DNA of 63,884 nucleotides, counting the filler, from Octopus bimaculoides (lineage: Eukaryota): NCBI RefSeq assembly GCF_001194135.2. It is 9 parts of 6 records of this genome, joined end to end, with 100 filler letters (N's around TTAATTAATTAA, not from the genome) between each part and the next. Parts side by side here need not be neighbours in the genome. Positions count along the whole stretch, not along the records: positions 1 to 29,179 come from NC_068986.1; 8 more parts are not named here. One strand, written 5' to 3'. Of this stretch, positions 13,261 through 26,226 are shown in pieces. The position numbers and the translations under genes are program-made. The notes under the pieces were generated by a model. That model searched no databases. It was not told where the DNA came from and saw only the letters and a list, made by a program, of their open reading frames with translations. The stretch's first letter is position 1. Each line of letters starts with the position of its first letter.

Positions 13261-14199
13261 CAATATATCCAATTTGTGTGTGATTCTACTTTTATTTCAA
13301 GCATAATGAGTGACCGCATAGTTCCCTGATGAGCCCGAGCCTTTATGCTAATTTGATTACATTTCGCTTCTGCTTTCATTATTTATCGCTCCGCACTTTT
13401 CTTTCCTTTTTCCTATTTACCTTACTCTGCTCTTCACGCGTTGTGTTCCCCTTATAATATTTATCAAAAGAGATAATTCACCAAGTATTAACACGGGTCT
13501 CTTTCTGGAAAGTGTTGCTGTAACTGTAAATATTCAAATGGAGCCTACAAACTCTGATATTTCAGTCGATATTTCTGCAGTTAAGTTTCAATGAAGGGAT
13601 CAGTTTAGGCAGAAGTCATGCATAAGAAATGGAATATTTCTAGATATGCCAGTATCAACAGTGTTGCTTAATCTCCATTTCAGTAACGAGCAGCCGACAC
13701 AAATCTGGTTTTGTTTCAAAGTGTAGCGCATGTGCGACTACATTATAATAAAGTTGTGTGCTTCCTATGTCTGGTTTGATAAGACGGTAATTTGGTAGGG
13801 TTTTCTTGCTGATTGAACAACTACACATAAGGTTCCTCGGTAACCGATGTTAATCAGTATCATGAAAGAAACGTGATGGAATGTTATTGAGAATAACTGA
13901 TGGTGGCTAACTGACTTGAAATGCCATAAAGTCCGAAAGAGCATCGCTTTGCGTAGTACGTGGATAGGAGATAGCTAATGGTGCTGTGAGAGATCATCTT
14001 CTCTCCCTATACTGACTTATTTAGTCGATCATCGTTGCAGAAATATCGAATGAGCTCTTTAGAACTAATTCACTTTCCTGTGTATGCTTGGAAGTATGTC
14101 AAACTTGTAACGAGATCAAAGTGATGCTACTTCTCCTCTTCGATATAATCATAGAAATAGCTGAATTCAGCTTTGAAATAAAGTAAATAAAAAATAAAA

Positions 14200-14455
14200 T
14201 AAATGCACCCTTTTAAACCTAGCCAGGCTCATGGACCCGGTTTCCCCGTTTCAATGGCGTATGTGTTCCCCAGCTGGACGGGACGCTAGTCCATCGCAAC
14301 GTTACTAATTTTTGCCAGCTGAGTGGACTGGAGCAACGTGAAATGAAGTGGTTTGCTCAAGAACACAACGCGTTGCCCGGTCCAGGAATCGAAACCACAA
14401 TCTTACGATAATGATGCTGACACCCTAATCACTAAGCCATGCGCACCCACTGAAA
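14200..14455 (-). mobile_element. tRNA-derived SINE, family C
   Basis: Reverse complement head TGGCTTAGTGATTAGGGTG..GGTTTCGATTCCTGGACC (A/B boxes), then CTTGAGCAAACCACTTCATTTCACGTTGCTCCAGTCCACTCAGCTGG; related copy at 57440-57635. Confidence 0.8.
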
Positions 14456-16407
14456 TTAAGTAAAAACTACTTGATTTTTAGAAGTGGGTATTTGTTTATA
14501 TTTATGGGAGCTGAAATGGGTTATTTCAGAATTAATATTTTTGATGATGTAACTATAAACATGGTAGTCACATAACAGAAACTAATACATGTTTAAATGT
14601 GCCTCCTTTATTTTATTTATTCGGTCATCTGCGTTCTCAAAAACAGTGAAGTACTGCATTAGTCCTGATGTAAGATTAAGGTGTTTGGTCCTAGTCACAT
14701 GAAACCTAAAATGGCGTTCTATAATTTTCTATTTACGGACGTCTTTTGCATAGTCTCCAAAATTTTGTTTACATAAACGACTGAACAAATTATGAGATCC
14801 CAGGATTTGCTAGAAATATCGGTCTCATTCCCCTTATATTACACTCTACATTTTAAAATAAATGGTCACATTGAATAATGCAGCCTCTGATGTTTCAAGT
14901 CACTGAAATGGTTTTCATAATATATCTGCTACATCAAGGCTGGTTGGGACTTGAGGACAAGAATGGCTGGAATACATTCTCGGTTATCTAACTTCTATTT
15001 GCAACTCACTTGCAGTACCATCGCAAAAGATCCTAAAAAGTATGTTTTTTTTTTAATTATAAAATATAAATAGTTCACTAAAAAATGAGCTTTATTGAAT
15101 AAAAGAATACCAGTTACTTAATCCCACAGCAAAATGGCAAATTTTCAGGTTGTTTTCAGCAAACATCCTCCGGCATGATTCATGAAATTACCTTAAATTT
15201 CGTTGTTTATAGTTAGATCAAAATATTGTCTGAAGCCACCATTACAAGGTATCGTCTGTTCTCAACAGGTTGATTACCACGAATCGTCATTCTGGTAGCT
15301 TGTGATGATCTACACTTTTGTTTTCCAAGGGCCTAATATATTTTAGTTTTCTCTTTTGAATAATGTTTAAGAAGATATTTCTTTCTCTTTTACATTTTTC
15401 TTTTGTTTTTAGTACCGTTTAGGCACAGAAAAAAAATTGAATAGTTAAGAAGTATGTTTCACGAACATGAAGACCTGGTTGCGATTCCACAGCGTGGCAA
15501 CATGGGCAAACGTCATTCAAGAGTCTCGTGTCAACCAATGAAATGTGGGTGAAAGCGAGTAGACGGAAGCTGTATGGAAGCTCACTAAATTTATTTTACC
15601 TGTAATTCAAAGGTCCAGCCTTGTCACACAAACTATCACACTGCTTCTACCTGAGATTTACATCAAGAGGACATGTGTATATGGAATGTTTACTCACATA
15701 CACGTTAATACAACGATCAATTATTTCAGATACTCCAAAGACTAACTTCTCATTGTCAAAAACAACAGTGATCCCAACCATCCACCTTATATTTCTTTTT
15801 GGGTTTCATGTTTATGATATTCGCCAAAAACGTTGTCCAAAGACATCTAACATATTTGACCTTAGTTTTGCCTCAGCTCGAATCAGTTGGGAGGTTCATA
15901 TATGGAATTTAAATAATCTCTTACTAGTTTCATAACTGAAAGTATATTGAAGGGAAACTATCAAACTATTTCAAAACACAATTGATACAGAAACTAGATA
16001 TCTTTCAACCCTTTCTATAATTAATAGAGTTGTGGTCGTTGATGTTAAACTGCTTGGTAGTTCAGATCGAGCAGATAACTAAACAAAAACATCTCAATTA
16101 TATACATCTTTTTTAGACATAATATTTTGCTTCCTTAAAGTCTTTAGAGTATGGTTTGAAAGTAACTTTCGTGCTATTTGTAACTAGTCAGCTGTCCTTC
16201 GTTGAATAAAACGTAAAAGAAAGCCTGATTTATCACAGACTCGTTAACACGTAAAAGTGGTACAAAAAAAAAATAAATAAAAGATAAACGCCCATAAGAA
16301 ATCAGCTGCAGAAAACTTTATATCACTAATTGTCGCAGAAAACCTCAAAGTATATCTAGCAAAACATTTTAAGAAACGAGAGAAAATACTTGTTAATATA
16401 ACCAAGA

Positions 16408-16795
16408 GAGTGGAGGCGCAATGGCCCAGTGGTTAGGGCAGCGGACTCATGGACACACAATCGTGGTTTCGATTCCCAGACCGGGCGTTGTGAGTGTTTA
16501 TTGAGCGAAAACACCTAAAGCTCCACAAGGCTCCAGCAGGGGTTGGTGGCGAACCCTGCTGTAGTCTTTCACCACAACTTTCTCTCACTCTTACTTCCTG
16601 TTTCTGTTGTGCCTGTAATTCAAAGGGTCAGCCGTGTCACACTGTGTCACGCTGAATATCCCCGAGAACTACGTTAAGAGTACACGTGTCTGTGAAGTTC
16701 TCACTCACTTGCACGTGGATGTCACGAACAGGCTGTTCCATTGATCGGATCAAATGGAACCCTCGACGTCATAAGCGACAGAGTGCCAACAAAAG
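16408..16795 (+). mobile_element. tRNA-derived SINE, family D
   Basis: TGGCCCAGTGG (A box) and GGTTTCGATTCCC (B box) followed by about 330 bp of body; a diverged piece of the body (CCTGTAATTCAAAGG..CAGCC.TGTCACAC) recurs near 15598-15630. Confidence 0.8.
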
Positions 16796-16947
16796 CCAAG
16801 AGCGTTTTGGAATGAGCAACATTTTACATAGAAAAAAAATATGTAACCATCAATTTCTCCTTTTATTGAAGTAAAGTTATGATTCGGACAGTGCCTTCGA
16901 AAGATATTTTGATTATAGTGAATGTAAACAATGGAAACAAGTAGAAA

Positions 16948-17547
16948 ATATATCGGATCTTTTTTTAAAACGGGGGCCACATTTTTCATTAACGAAACAC
17001 TTTGAAACTTGGAACACTGGTAGAATGTGTCATATAAAACATCTTTTTCTCTTAGTCTTCTTTAAAAAAAAAGAAATCCCTAAGTTATTCCATGTTGAAG
17101 TTGTCGTATTTCTGTAATTTCAATCAATCACTGACGTCCATTCAGCCGATATACATTAAGTCCCGACTACATAAACAAACGATTCTGAAACAATTCTATC
17201 GGTGATAGGGTTAGGGTTAGCGTTATGGTAAAACAGCAAATTTAAAAAGAAAAAAGCAAATAAAACGAAGAAAAAAAAAAGTAAATGAAAAAAGCAAATA
17301 AAACGAAGCTATGGCTTAATCAGCCAAAGGAGTAACTATAAACAGTTGAATATTTGTCAGTGATTGGTTGAAATTATCGAAATAAGACAATTTTTTACAT
17401 GAAATAAATTCGAATACAAAAATATTTTTCTGTTCTATAACACAAAATAGATAAGTATACGAAGTTTGAAAGTCTTTCGGTACCAAAAACACTACGTAAA
17501 ACATTAATGAAAAATGTGGCCCCCGTTTTAAAAAAGATCCAATATAT
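16948..17547. mobile_element. MITE-like non-autonomous DNA element with nested inverted repeats and a central telomere-like motif
   Basis: About 45-bp inverted repeat 16948-16992/17503-17547; inner 20-bp inverted repeat 17116-17135/17356-17375 (1 mismatch); TAGGGTTAGGGTTAG at 17206-17220. Confidence 0.75.
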
Positions 17548-18480
17548 CTATTTATGATGGTGTTTAGGCATAGTTACAACTAACAGGTAAAGGCGGTACA
17601 GGAATAGGTACATTGTATGTAATGAAGCGCTAGGAAATAAAACGTAGAAGCTGATGTGTACATTCACGGAGTCACTGAGCTAATGGTACCTTTTCTTCAC
17701 CGCATAATTATCTCGAATAAGGCATTTAATGCTCGCTACGTAAATTATCGAAATTATAATCAATTGAATCAGTACAAGGATATAATTTGCTATTTCATAG
17801 GTTCCCCATGGAGATAATACAATCACTGCACCTGTGGTAATTGAACGCAGAACATTGTGAGTTGGTGTAAACTACCGAAACGTTCTTAGTCTGATGGTCT
17901 GCAGTTCTTGTGACACTAACTCTTTAATGGGGAAATTAATTAAAAGGAAGACGGGAAAATACATACAGAGGAGAATGAAAGGGTAGGGAGGAGAGGTAAG
18001 AAAAGGAAGATAGATGAGGAATGGTAACTTGCGTCTTATAGACAGAGAAAAACATCAGGTTGTTAGGACCTAATGCGAGTAAGTAGAATAAACGGAAAGA
18101 AAGGGAGAGAGAGAGAGAGGGTAAAAATAGCGAAAGAGAGAAATAGAGAAAAGGGAGATAGAGAGGGTAGAGAAAGTAGGTGAGAGAGAGAGGTCCACGT
18201 AAGAACAGACTAGCTGACAGGACAAAATACGAAGGCAGACAGACAAACGACTGTTTAATTCCTATGAATCAGATCTGTAAAATGCAACAAAAGATTGCCA
18301 GTGAAATAATTATTTAGATCTTACTCCATATTTTTCTACAGCATTTCAATCTATCTTGAATCGTTTCCAGAAAATGCGCGAGCGCACACATACGCACACA
18401 TTTATACGCACCTACACACATACACACGCAACTTCATGAATGTATGCACGTATTTATATATGTATATGTGTGTATGTGTG

Positions 18481-18520
<40 letters not shown>

Positions 18521-18604
18521 GACACAAACAAACTTATACATAACGAATTTATACTCGCACACTTATACATATATACATATACATGTATATGCATGTTTAT
18601 GTAT

Positions 18605-18661
<57 letters not shown>

Positions 18662-18662
18662 C

Positions 18663-18698
<36 letters not shown>

Positions 18699-19214
18699 AT
18701 GTATGTAAGAATATATATAGCCATATTATGTATGCATATGTATATATAATCACATATACGTAAAACTGACTGCAAACAACTCTCGTAAATCCCGAATAAA
18801 TCTTCCTTCCCACAAACACTTCTGTCCACCATACCATTGCTATCTTACAAGATGGCGGTGTCCACGCTGTCTTAAATAGACACCAGGGAATAGACGTGAT
18901 TCTCTTTCCTGATTAATTAAAGCTCTTTCGCTGAAATCCTTTCCACAGCCCCACTTTGAAAACGATAGCAATATCGCTGATGCCACCCTATACACAATAT
19001 ATTCTACTAACTCCTCAATATCCACCACATGCCCCAAACTCTATCTCCACCATCGATGCATCAAAACAGACAACGCAACCTCCACCGCTATCATTACCAT
19101 CAATGCATCTTAATAAGGCGCACACATGAGCCAACGAAGAAATGTATAAGTGATCATTTGATGTGCTAGAAAATGCAACCACCTCTGTTACAATTGCGAT
19201 CATACGTGCAGATA

Positions 19215-19370
19215 TTTCTGTGTGGTTGAGAAACTCGTTTTACGAACACGCAATGCCGGGATCAGTTACACTACGTAGCGCATTGGGTATGTGTCTTCAA
19301 CTATAGCCCCGACTCGACCAATGCCTTGCGAGTGAATTCTGTAGAAGGAAGCTTCTGAGAAAGCCTATCG
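19215..19370 (+). mobile_element. Degenerate SINE family A, 5' half
   Basis: CTGTGTGGTTGAGAA..TGTGTCTTCAACTATAGCCCC..GACCAATGCCTTGCGAGTGAATT. Confidence 0.65.
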
Positions 19371-19384
19371 CATAACGTACATAT

Positions 19385-19423
<39 letters not shown>

Positions 19424-19559
19424 NNNNNNNNNNNNNNNNNNNNNNNNNNNNNNNNNNNNNNNNNNNNNNNNNNNNNNNNNNNNNNNNNNNNNNNNNNNNN
19501 NNNNNNNNNNNNNNNNNNNNNNNNNNNNNNNNNNNNNNNNNNNNNNNNNNNNNNNNNNN

Positions 19560-19594
<35 letters not shown>

Positions 19595-19597
<3 letters not shown>

Positions 19598-19850
19598 GCG
19601 AGCTGGCAGAAACGTTAGCACGCCGGGCGAAATGCTTAGTGGTATTTCGTCTGCCGCTACGTTCTGAGTTCAAATTCCGCCGAGGTTCACTTTGCCTTTC
19701 ATCCTTTCGGGGTCGATTAAATAAGTACCAGTTACGCACTGGGGTCGATATAATCGACTTAATCCGTTTGTCTGTCCTTGTTTGTCCCCTTGTGTGTATT
19801 TTCCCCAGCCACCGCTTGATAACCGGTGTTTGTATGTTTATGTCCATACA
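19595..19850 (+). mobile_element. SINE family B, young copy, with a family A-like 3' segment appended
   Basis: GGCGAGCTGGCAGAAACGTTAGCACGCCGGGCGAAATGC..GCCTTTCATCCTTTCGGGGTCGATTAAATAAGTACCAG, then CCACCGCTTGATAACCGGTGTTTG. Confidence 0.88.
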
Positions 19851-21816
19851 ACTTGAAGTGATAGAGTAAGTACCAAACTTTAACAAAAGTTTTGGCGTCG
19901 ATTTATTCGACTAAACTTCCCAATGACTAAAATTGGCAATAGAAATATTCGTCCAGATTGCAGTGAAACTTTACAGGATTTCCTCCAGCAAGAAGTGAAC
20001 ATCAAATTCAGTAGGATATTTTGACAGTGTTGAACGGTGTAAAATTTAAATATGTCGTACCATATGATGTGTTTGAGAAGATGGGTCCCATTGAAAAAGT
20101 ATTTAATGACGGGTTGAGCATCTTAGAAAAAACGTAAACGAGGAGGCAAAATAAGGGTACAGAAGTTCTGTCTACACTACTTCAACTGACTGCAAACAAT
20201 GCGATGAAGGCAATCATTATATATAGCTTAACGTGGATGCAGTATTCGCCTTGAGAGTTCCTCTCATATAGGTGAATGCTGCATAAAAGCACATATATAT
20301 ATATCGTTGCAAGCAAGGAACATCTGTAACGAGCGCCGGAATTTTCAGATTACGTGGTTTCAGTCTATTAAGTTTCTTCAATCTATTGGACATCTGCAAT
20401 GATCGCATACCGGCCAAATCTTATGGCCACAATATATAGAATGTTAGTTACATGCATATTCGCATTGATACTAACATTGCAATAGAACGTCAGTGTCTTT
20501 CAGTCCTTGATGTTGCAAATTGCCCGCAGGTTTGTCAAAATCAAAAACAATATTAGCGACGGAAGCATAATGCGACGAAATAATTCACACTTAAAGAAGT
20601 TGCAGTCATCTTTCATGATACGAATGCGAATCGTGGACATAGCATCACATTTACAAGAGGGGTCCCGAATGAGCTCGATCCGCTATACAAAAGGGTTGCG
20701 CGCAGTAAGTATCAAAGAAACCTGGACAAGTTCACTTCCGTAGTAGTTGCTGAAAATCGTGCCCTCCCCATTCATTCAGTTAACTTTCATCGCAACAACC
20801 TTCACACAACACTTAGCACCTTTTGGAGTCAAAACGTACTCCATAACGTTATTACAGCACGTGTGTCTATTCCTCCGTGTATTTACTTTCAAAAGGATTT
20901 TTAATATACACTTACACTAATGCGCGCGCTTAAGACTATATTTTGATGCCTATACATACATACGTACATACATAAATGTGTATATATATANNNNNNNNNN
21001 NNNNNNNNNNNNNNNNNNNNNNNNNNNNNNNNNNNNNNNNNNNNNNNNNNNNNNNNNNNNNNNNNNNNNNNNNNNNNNNNNNNNNNNNNNNNNNNNNNNN
21101 NNNNNNNNNNNNNNNNNNNNNNNNNNNNNNNNNNNNNNNNNNNNNNNNNNNNNNNNNNNNNNNNNNNNNNNNNNNNNNNNNNNNNNNNNNNNNNNNNNNN
21201 NNNNNNNNNNNNNNNNNNNNNNNNNNNNNNNNNNNNNNNNNNNNNNNNNNNNNNNNNNNNNNNNNNNNNNNNNNNNNNNNNNNNNNNNNNNNNNNNNNNN
21301 NNNNNNNNNNNNNNNNNNNNNNNNNNNNNNNNNNNNNNNNNNNNNNNNNNNNNNNNNNNNNNNNNNNNNNNNNNNNNNNNNNNNNNNNNNNNNNNNNNNN
21401 NNNNNNNNNNNNNNNNNNNNNNNNNNNNNNNNNNNNNNNNNNNNNNNNNNNNNNNNNNNNNNNNNNNNNNNNNNNNNNNNNNNNNNNNNNNNNNNNNNNN
21501 NNNNNNNNNNNNNNNNNNNNNNNNNNNNNNNNNNNNNNNNNNNNNNNNNNNNNNNNNNNNNNNNNNNNNNNNNNNNNNNNNNNNNNNNNNNNNNNNNNNN
21601 NNNNNNNNNNNNNNNNNNNNNNNNNNNNNNNNNNNNNNNNNNNNNNNNNNNNNNNNNNNNNNNNNNNNNNNNNNNNNNNNNNNNNNNNNNNNNNNNNNNN
21701 NNNNNNNNNNNNNNNNNNNNNNNNNNNNNNNNNNNNNNNNNNNNNNNNNNNNNNNNNNNNNNNNNNNNNNNNNNNNNNNNNNNNNNNNNNNNNNNNNNNN
21801 NNNNNNNNNNNNNNNN

Positions 21817-21853
<37 letters not shown>

Positions 21854-22829
21854 GCACATATGCATACGCACTCATACACGCACGTCCAAGTATATGGGTA
21901 TATACATACAGCTAGCTACACACGGGCATACGCACACGTATCGACGAATACATACATATATATGCATAGGAACTCATATATGCAGGTACACATGCGCATA
22001 TATACATAAATATACGTACATAACATAGATAAATATGTGCATATATTCGTACCTAATAAAATCTTTTCTCCTTCCATCTATCTTATTAACACTGCTACCC
22101 CAACCACCACTGGAAGTTCCGGCAATAAATCTACGGATAACAATAGGTAATCGAAAATGTACCAGTGCTTTACTCATCATCTCCGTTGTCGAAAAGAATA
22201 TCTAACCATTACTCTACATTTAGACATATCAATAAACGCAACAAATCTGGGCTTAGTAAATTACTTTGGTCTCTTAAGGAACACGATAAACAATTTTGTT
22301 GAGAATGAAATATTCTAAGTCGTTTCCTTATGATAAGGGTAAATCTTATTGTTCGGTAGGTAACGACGAAATGCATTTCATCCTGTTCTCAAAGAATCCT
22401 CTTGTAAATACATTTAAAGCACACATTTATCTTTGCAATCATTGGCAAAAACATACCTTTAGTTCCTATAAGTAATTTCTATTAATATATAGAACTACTA
22501 ATATATAGAACTCGAACTTTATCTATTTCCACGCCTTTAAGCTTTATTCCTATTCACCTATCACTCTATATTTCTCCACTATTAGTTATCTGCTAATTTC
22601 TTTCTTTCTCCTCCTTTCTTTCTATAAATTGCCTATCTATTAACGGCTATTTCTTAAAAATAACTTGCCAGCGTTCTCTTCATCGTATACGCAGTCATCA
22701 CATTCTGTTAAAATGTATTCTTGATGTGTTTGGTTTCTTTTTTCCCTAATGTAAAGTATGAATTGTTTTACATCATCATATTCCATATGGAATAATACCA
22801 ATGTTTTCTTCGAAACATATGTAGGAAAT

Positions 22830-22985
22830 ATAAATATTTGAAAAACACCTGCGTTTAACCCCATTTATTTATTCACCTATGTTAATAAAAAAACCATTTC
22901 ATTTAACCCTGGAATTCCTACCTTTATAAATAGGCTGTTACATCCTTGGTACCTATGTGAATTTTTGCTACTCTGGTAAATAATT
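22830..22985 (-). repeat. Unclassified interspersed repeat; second copy at 58005-58165 in the opposite orientation
   Basis: Reverse complement TTACCAGAGTAGCAAAAATTCACATAGG..TTATAAAGGTAGGAATTCCAGGGTTAA aligns with TTACCAGGGTAGCAAAGATTCACATGTG..TTATAAAGGTAGAAATTCTTGGGTTAA. Confidence 0.7.
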
Positions 22986-23021
22986 ATTTAATTGTTCCGT
23001 GCTGTTTGCACAGATTGAAAA

Positions 23022-23056
<35 letters not shown>

Positions 23057-23274
23057 CACACATCTTTGTGTCTGTGTGTGTGCTCATCACGATCTCTTGA
23101 AAAACGGTGTAGACGTGTTTACATACCTGTAATCTCGTGGTTATCCCCAAAAAAGAAATACCGATAGAATAACGATGATATTTTAAAATCCTCGTGTGGC
23201 TCAATTTAACTAAAATTCTTCAGGGTGCTATCCCTGCATGGCTACAATTTAATGACTGAAAGAAGTAAAGATTG

Positions 23275-23530
23275 ATAGGCGTGGCTGTATGCTAAGAAGC
23301 TTGCCTCCAAACCACATGATTCGGGGTTCAGTCCTAATGCGTTACGCCTTGAGCAATTCTCTTCTACTATACACTCGTGTGTGGATTTGGTACACAGAAA
23401 CTTAAAGACTATCGTATATATATACATATATATATATACATACACACACATGTGTGTGTGTCATTCTGCTATATTTGTCCTCCCACCACCACGTTACAAC
23501 CGGTGTTTGTCTCTGTGTATGTGTGTGTGT
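23275..23530 (+). mobile_element. SINE family A, degenerate
   Basis: GGCGTGGCTGTATGCTAAGAAGCTTGCCTCCAAACCACATGATTCGGGGTTCAGTCC head followed by microsatellite and TTTGTCCTCCCACCACC. Confidence 0.75.
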
Positions 23531-24554
23531 GTNNNNNNNNNNNNNNNNNNNNNNNNNNNNNNNNNNNNNNNNNNTATATATATATATATATGTATACATA
23601 CATATATATATATACATACACACACATGTGTGTGTGTCATTCTGCTATATTTGTCCTCCCACCACCACGTTACAACCGGTGTTTGTCTCTGTGTATGTGT
23701 GTGTGTGTTTGTATGTGTGTATGCATACATATATACACAAAGACATACACAATCAGAAATACACACATGTGTATACGTATGTGTGTATACTTACGTATAT
23801 ATATATATATAGGTATATGTAAATATATTCTTTTATTCTTTTATTTCTTTTAGTCATGTATATATATATATATATATATATATACAGAGAGAGAGAGAGG
23901 CAAATGTTTTCATGCAAGTCTAATGTATGTTAACCCCCGTTCTATGTAGCATTTAAATTTGCACATGTGTGCGATTAAGTCAGTGCATATAGATGCACGC
24001 GCCTGCGTTCGCATATTGGGTGTTGCATATTCTACATTGATATGCCTGCCATTAATTTAACAACTGGCACCACCCGCCCGCCACCACTAACACCACCACC
24101 ATCACCACCACACTACATCCGATACTGTTCTATATCTCTACACCAGCCTCTGGCACCGGACAAAAACTCAAACGCCACCCCTGCAACGATATCAATAAAT
24201 TTTCAGGCTGCTGCCTGCAAGGTGGCGGGAGGTGTTTCGTATTTTGTTGTAAACGTTCTGGTTGCCGTCATCAAGTAATGGGCCATGTACGTGGGTGTGA
24301 CATCGGGCGGCGAGGTGTGGCAGCATGCTTTATGGAACAACGGTGGTGTGTTTATGGGTGGGGCTGTGGTGATACTGGATCAAGGTGGAAGGGAGGTTGC
24401 GTGGGTTGAATGGCTTAAATGAATATGAGATAGAAAACATGATGGACGGACACCCTGACTATGGTCTTCGCCTTTCTTTCTCCCGCAACCCACCCCACCG
24501 TCACAAATATATCAATAAATGCGCAATATATATGCTTCGCTGTGTGCAAGTCTA

Positions 24555-24582
24555 TCTGTCTATCTATCTATCTATCTATCTC

Positions 24583-24638
<56 letters not shown>

Positions 24639-25091
24639 ATATAACTGTGTGCGTGTATATATATATANNNNNNNNNNNNNNNNNNNNNNNNNNNNNNNNN
24701 NNNNNNNNNNNNNNNNNNNNNNNNNNNNNNNNNNNNNNNNNNNNNNNNNNNNNNNNNNNNNNNNNNNNNNNNNNNNNNNNNNNNNNNNNNNNNNNNNNNN
24801 NNNNNNNNNNNNNNNNNNNNNNNNNNNNNNNNNNNNNNNNNNNNNNNNNNNNNNNNNNNNNNNNNNNNNNNNNNNNNNNNNNNNNNNNNNNNNNNNNNNN
24901 NNNNNNNNNNNNNNNNNNNNNNCATATATGTAAACATAAACACATAAATGATTGGAGGGGAAAAGAGATAGAGACATACATATAAACAGAGACACACAGA
25001 CACACAGATATACAGATAGGCAGGCACGCAGACAAACAGACAAACAGACAGACAGAGAGACATACATACATACATACATACAGACAGACAG

Positions 25092-25173
<82 letters not shown>

Positions 25174-25185
25174 GATAGATAAATA
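24555..25185. repeat. (TATC)n and inverted (AGAT)n tetranucleotide arrays flanking a gap
   Basis: Seen directly at 24555-24638 and 25095-25185. Confidence 0.9.
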
Positions 25186-25299
25186 GGCACACATATATAT
25201 TGATATGTGTGTATATGCGTCTTTGTATTTGTGCGCATGTCTGTGTGTACGTATAATGCCTGTACAAAGAAGTGATAGGAAAATAGACGAATTAAATTA

Positions 25300-26170
25300 A
25301 ACTGTAAGGATAGACAAACGTGAAATAGGGACAGAAACATTTGAAGAGAATTAAATATGAAGAAAAATATGTTGGTGTAGAAAAAGTGCAAAAATAGAAA
25401 TGAAGAAATTAACAAGAAATTTAAAAACAGAAAAACGTCACGGAAAGAAGAGAGAGAAAGAAAATTGACAGATGTAACGAAGGAAGAAATGGTGAGAAAA
25501 TATTTGGAAAGTGATTAAGAATAGTACAGAGGAAGCGGAAGAAGAACACAAAGGATAAAGAAGGAGAAAGACTAGAATAAAGGGTGAAAGATATTGAAGA
25601 CATGTAAAAGAAAATACTAAATGAATAGAAGGAGTTAGATATAGGTAGATAAATAGATATATATATATATATAAATATATATATATATNNNNNNNNNNNN
25701 NNNNNNNNNNNNNNNNNNNNNNNNNNNNNNNNNNNNNNNNNNNNNNNNNNNNNNNNNNNNNNNNNNNNNNNNNNNNNNNNNNNNNNNNNNNNNNNNNNNN
25801 NNNNNNNNNNNNNNNNNNNNNNNNNNNNNNNNNNNNNNNNNNNNNNNNNNNNNNNNNNNNNNNNNNNNNNNNNNNNNNNNNNNNNNNNNNNNNNNNNNNN
25901 NNNNNNNNNNNNNNNNNNNNNNNNNNNNNNNNNNNNNNNNNNNNNNNNNNNNNNNNNNNNNNNNNNNNNNNNNNNNNNNNNNNNNNNNNNNNNNNNNNNN
26001 NNNNNNNNNNNNNNNNNNNNNNNNNNNNNNNNNNNNNNNNNNNNNNNNNNNNNNNNNNNNNNNNNNNNNNNNNNNNNNNNNNNNNNNNNNNNNNNNNNNN
26101 NNNNNNNNNNNNNNNNNNNNNNNNNNNNNNNNNNNNNNNNNNNNNNNNNNNNNATACATATATATATATT

Positions 26171-26226
<56 letters not shown>

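Noticed and set aside
13320-13345. CTGATGAG motif
   Set aside because: No downstream stem II, GAAA or UH; not a hammerhead.
16408-16480. tRNA-like A and B boxes
   Set aside because: No cloverleaf or anticodon arm, and it continues into a SINE body; called as a SINE, not a tRNA gene.
17206-17222. Telomere or telomere-healing site
   Set aside because: Only about 2.5 hexamers, internal to a MITE-like element.
23430-23706. About 100-bp tandem duplicate on either side of a short N gap
   Set aside because: Identical sequence flanking a gap is typical of unmerged contig overlap.
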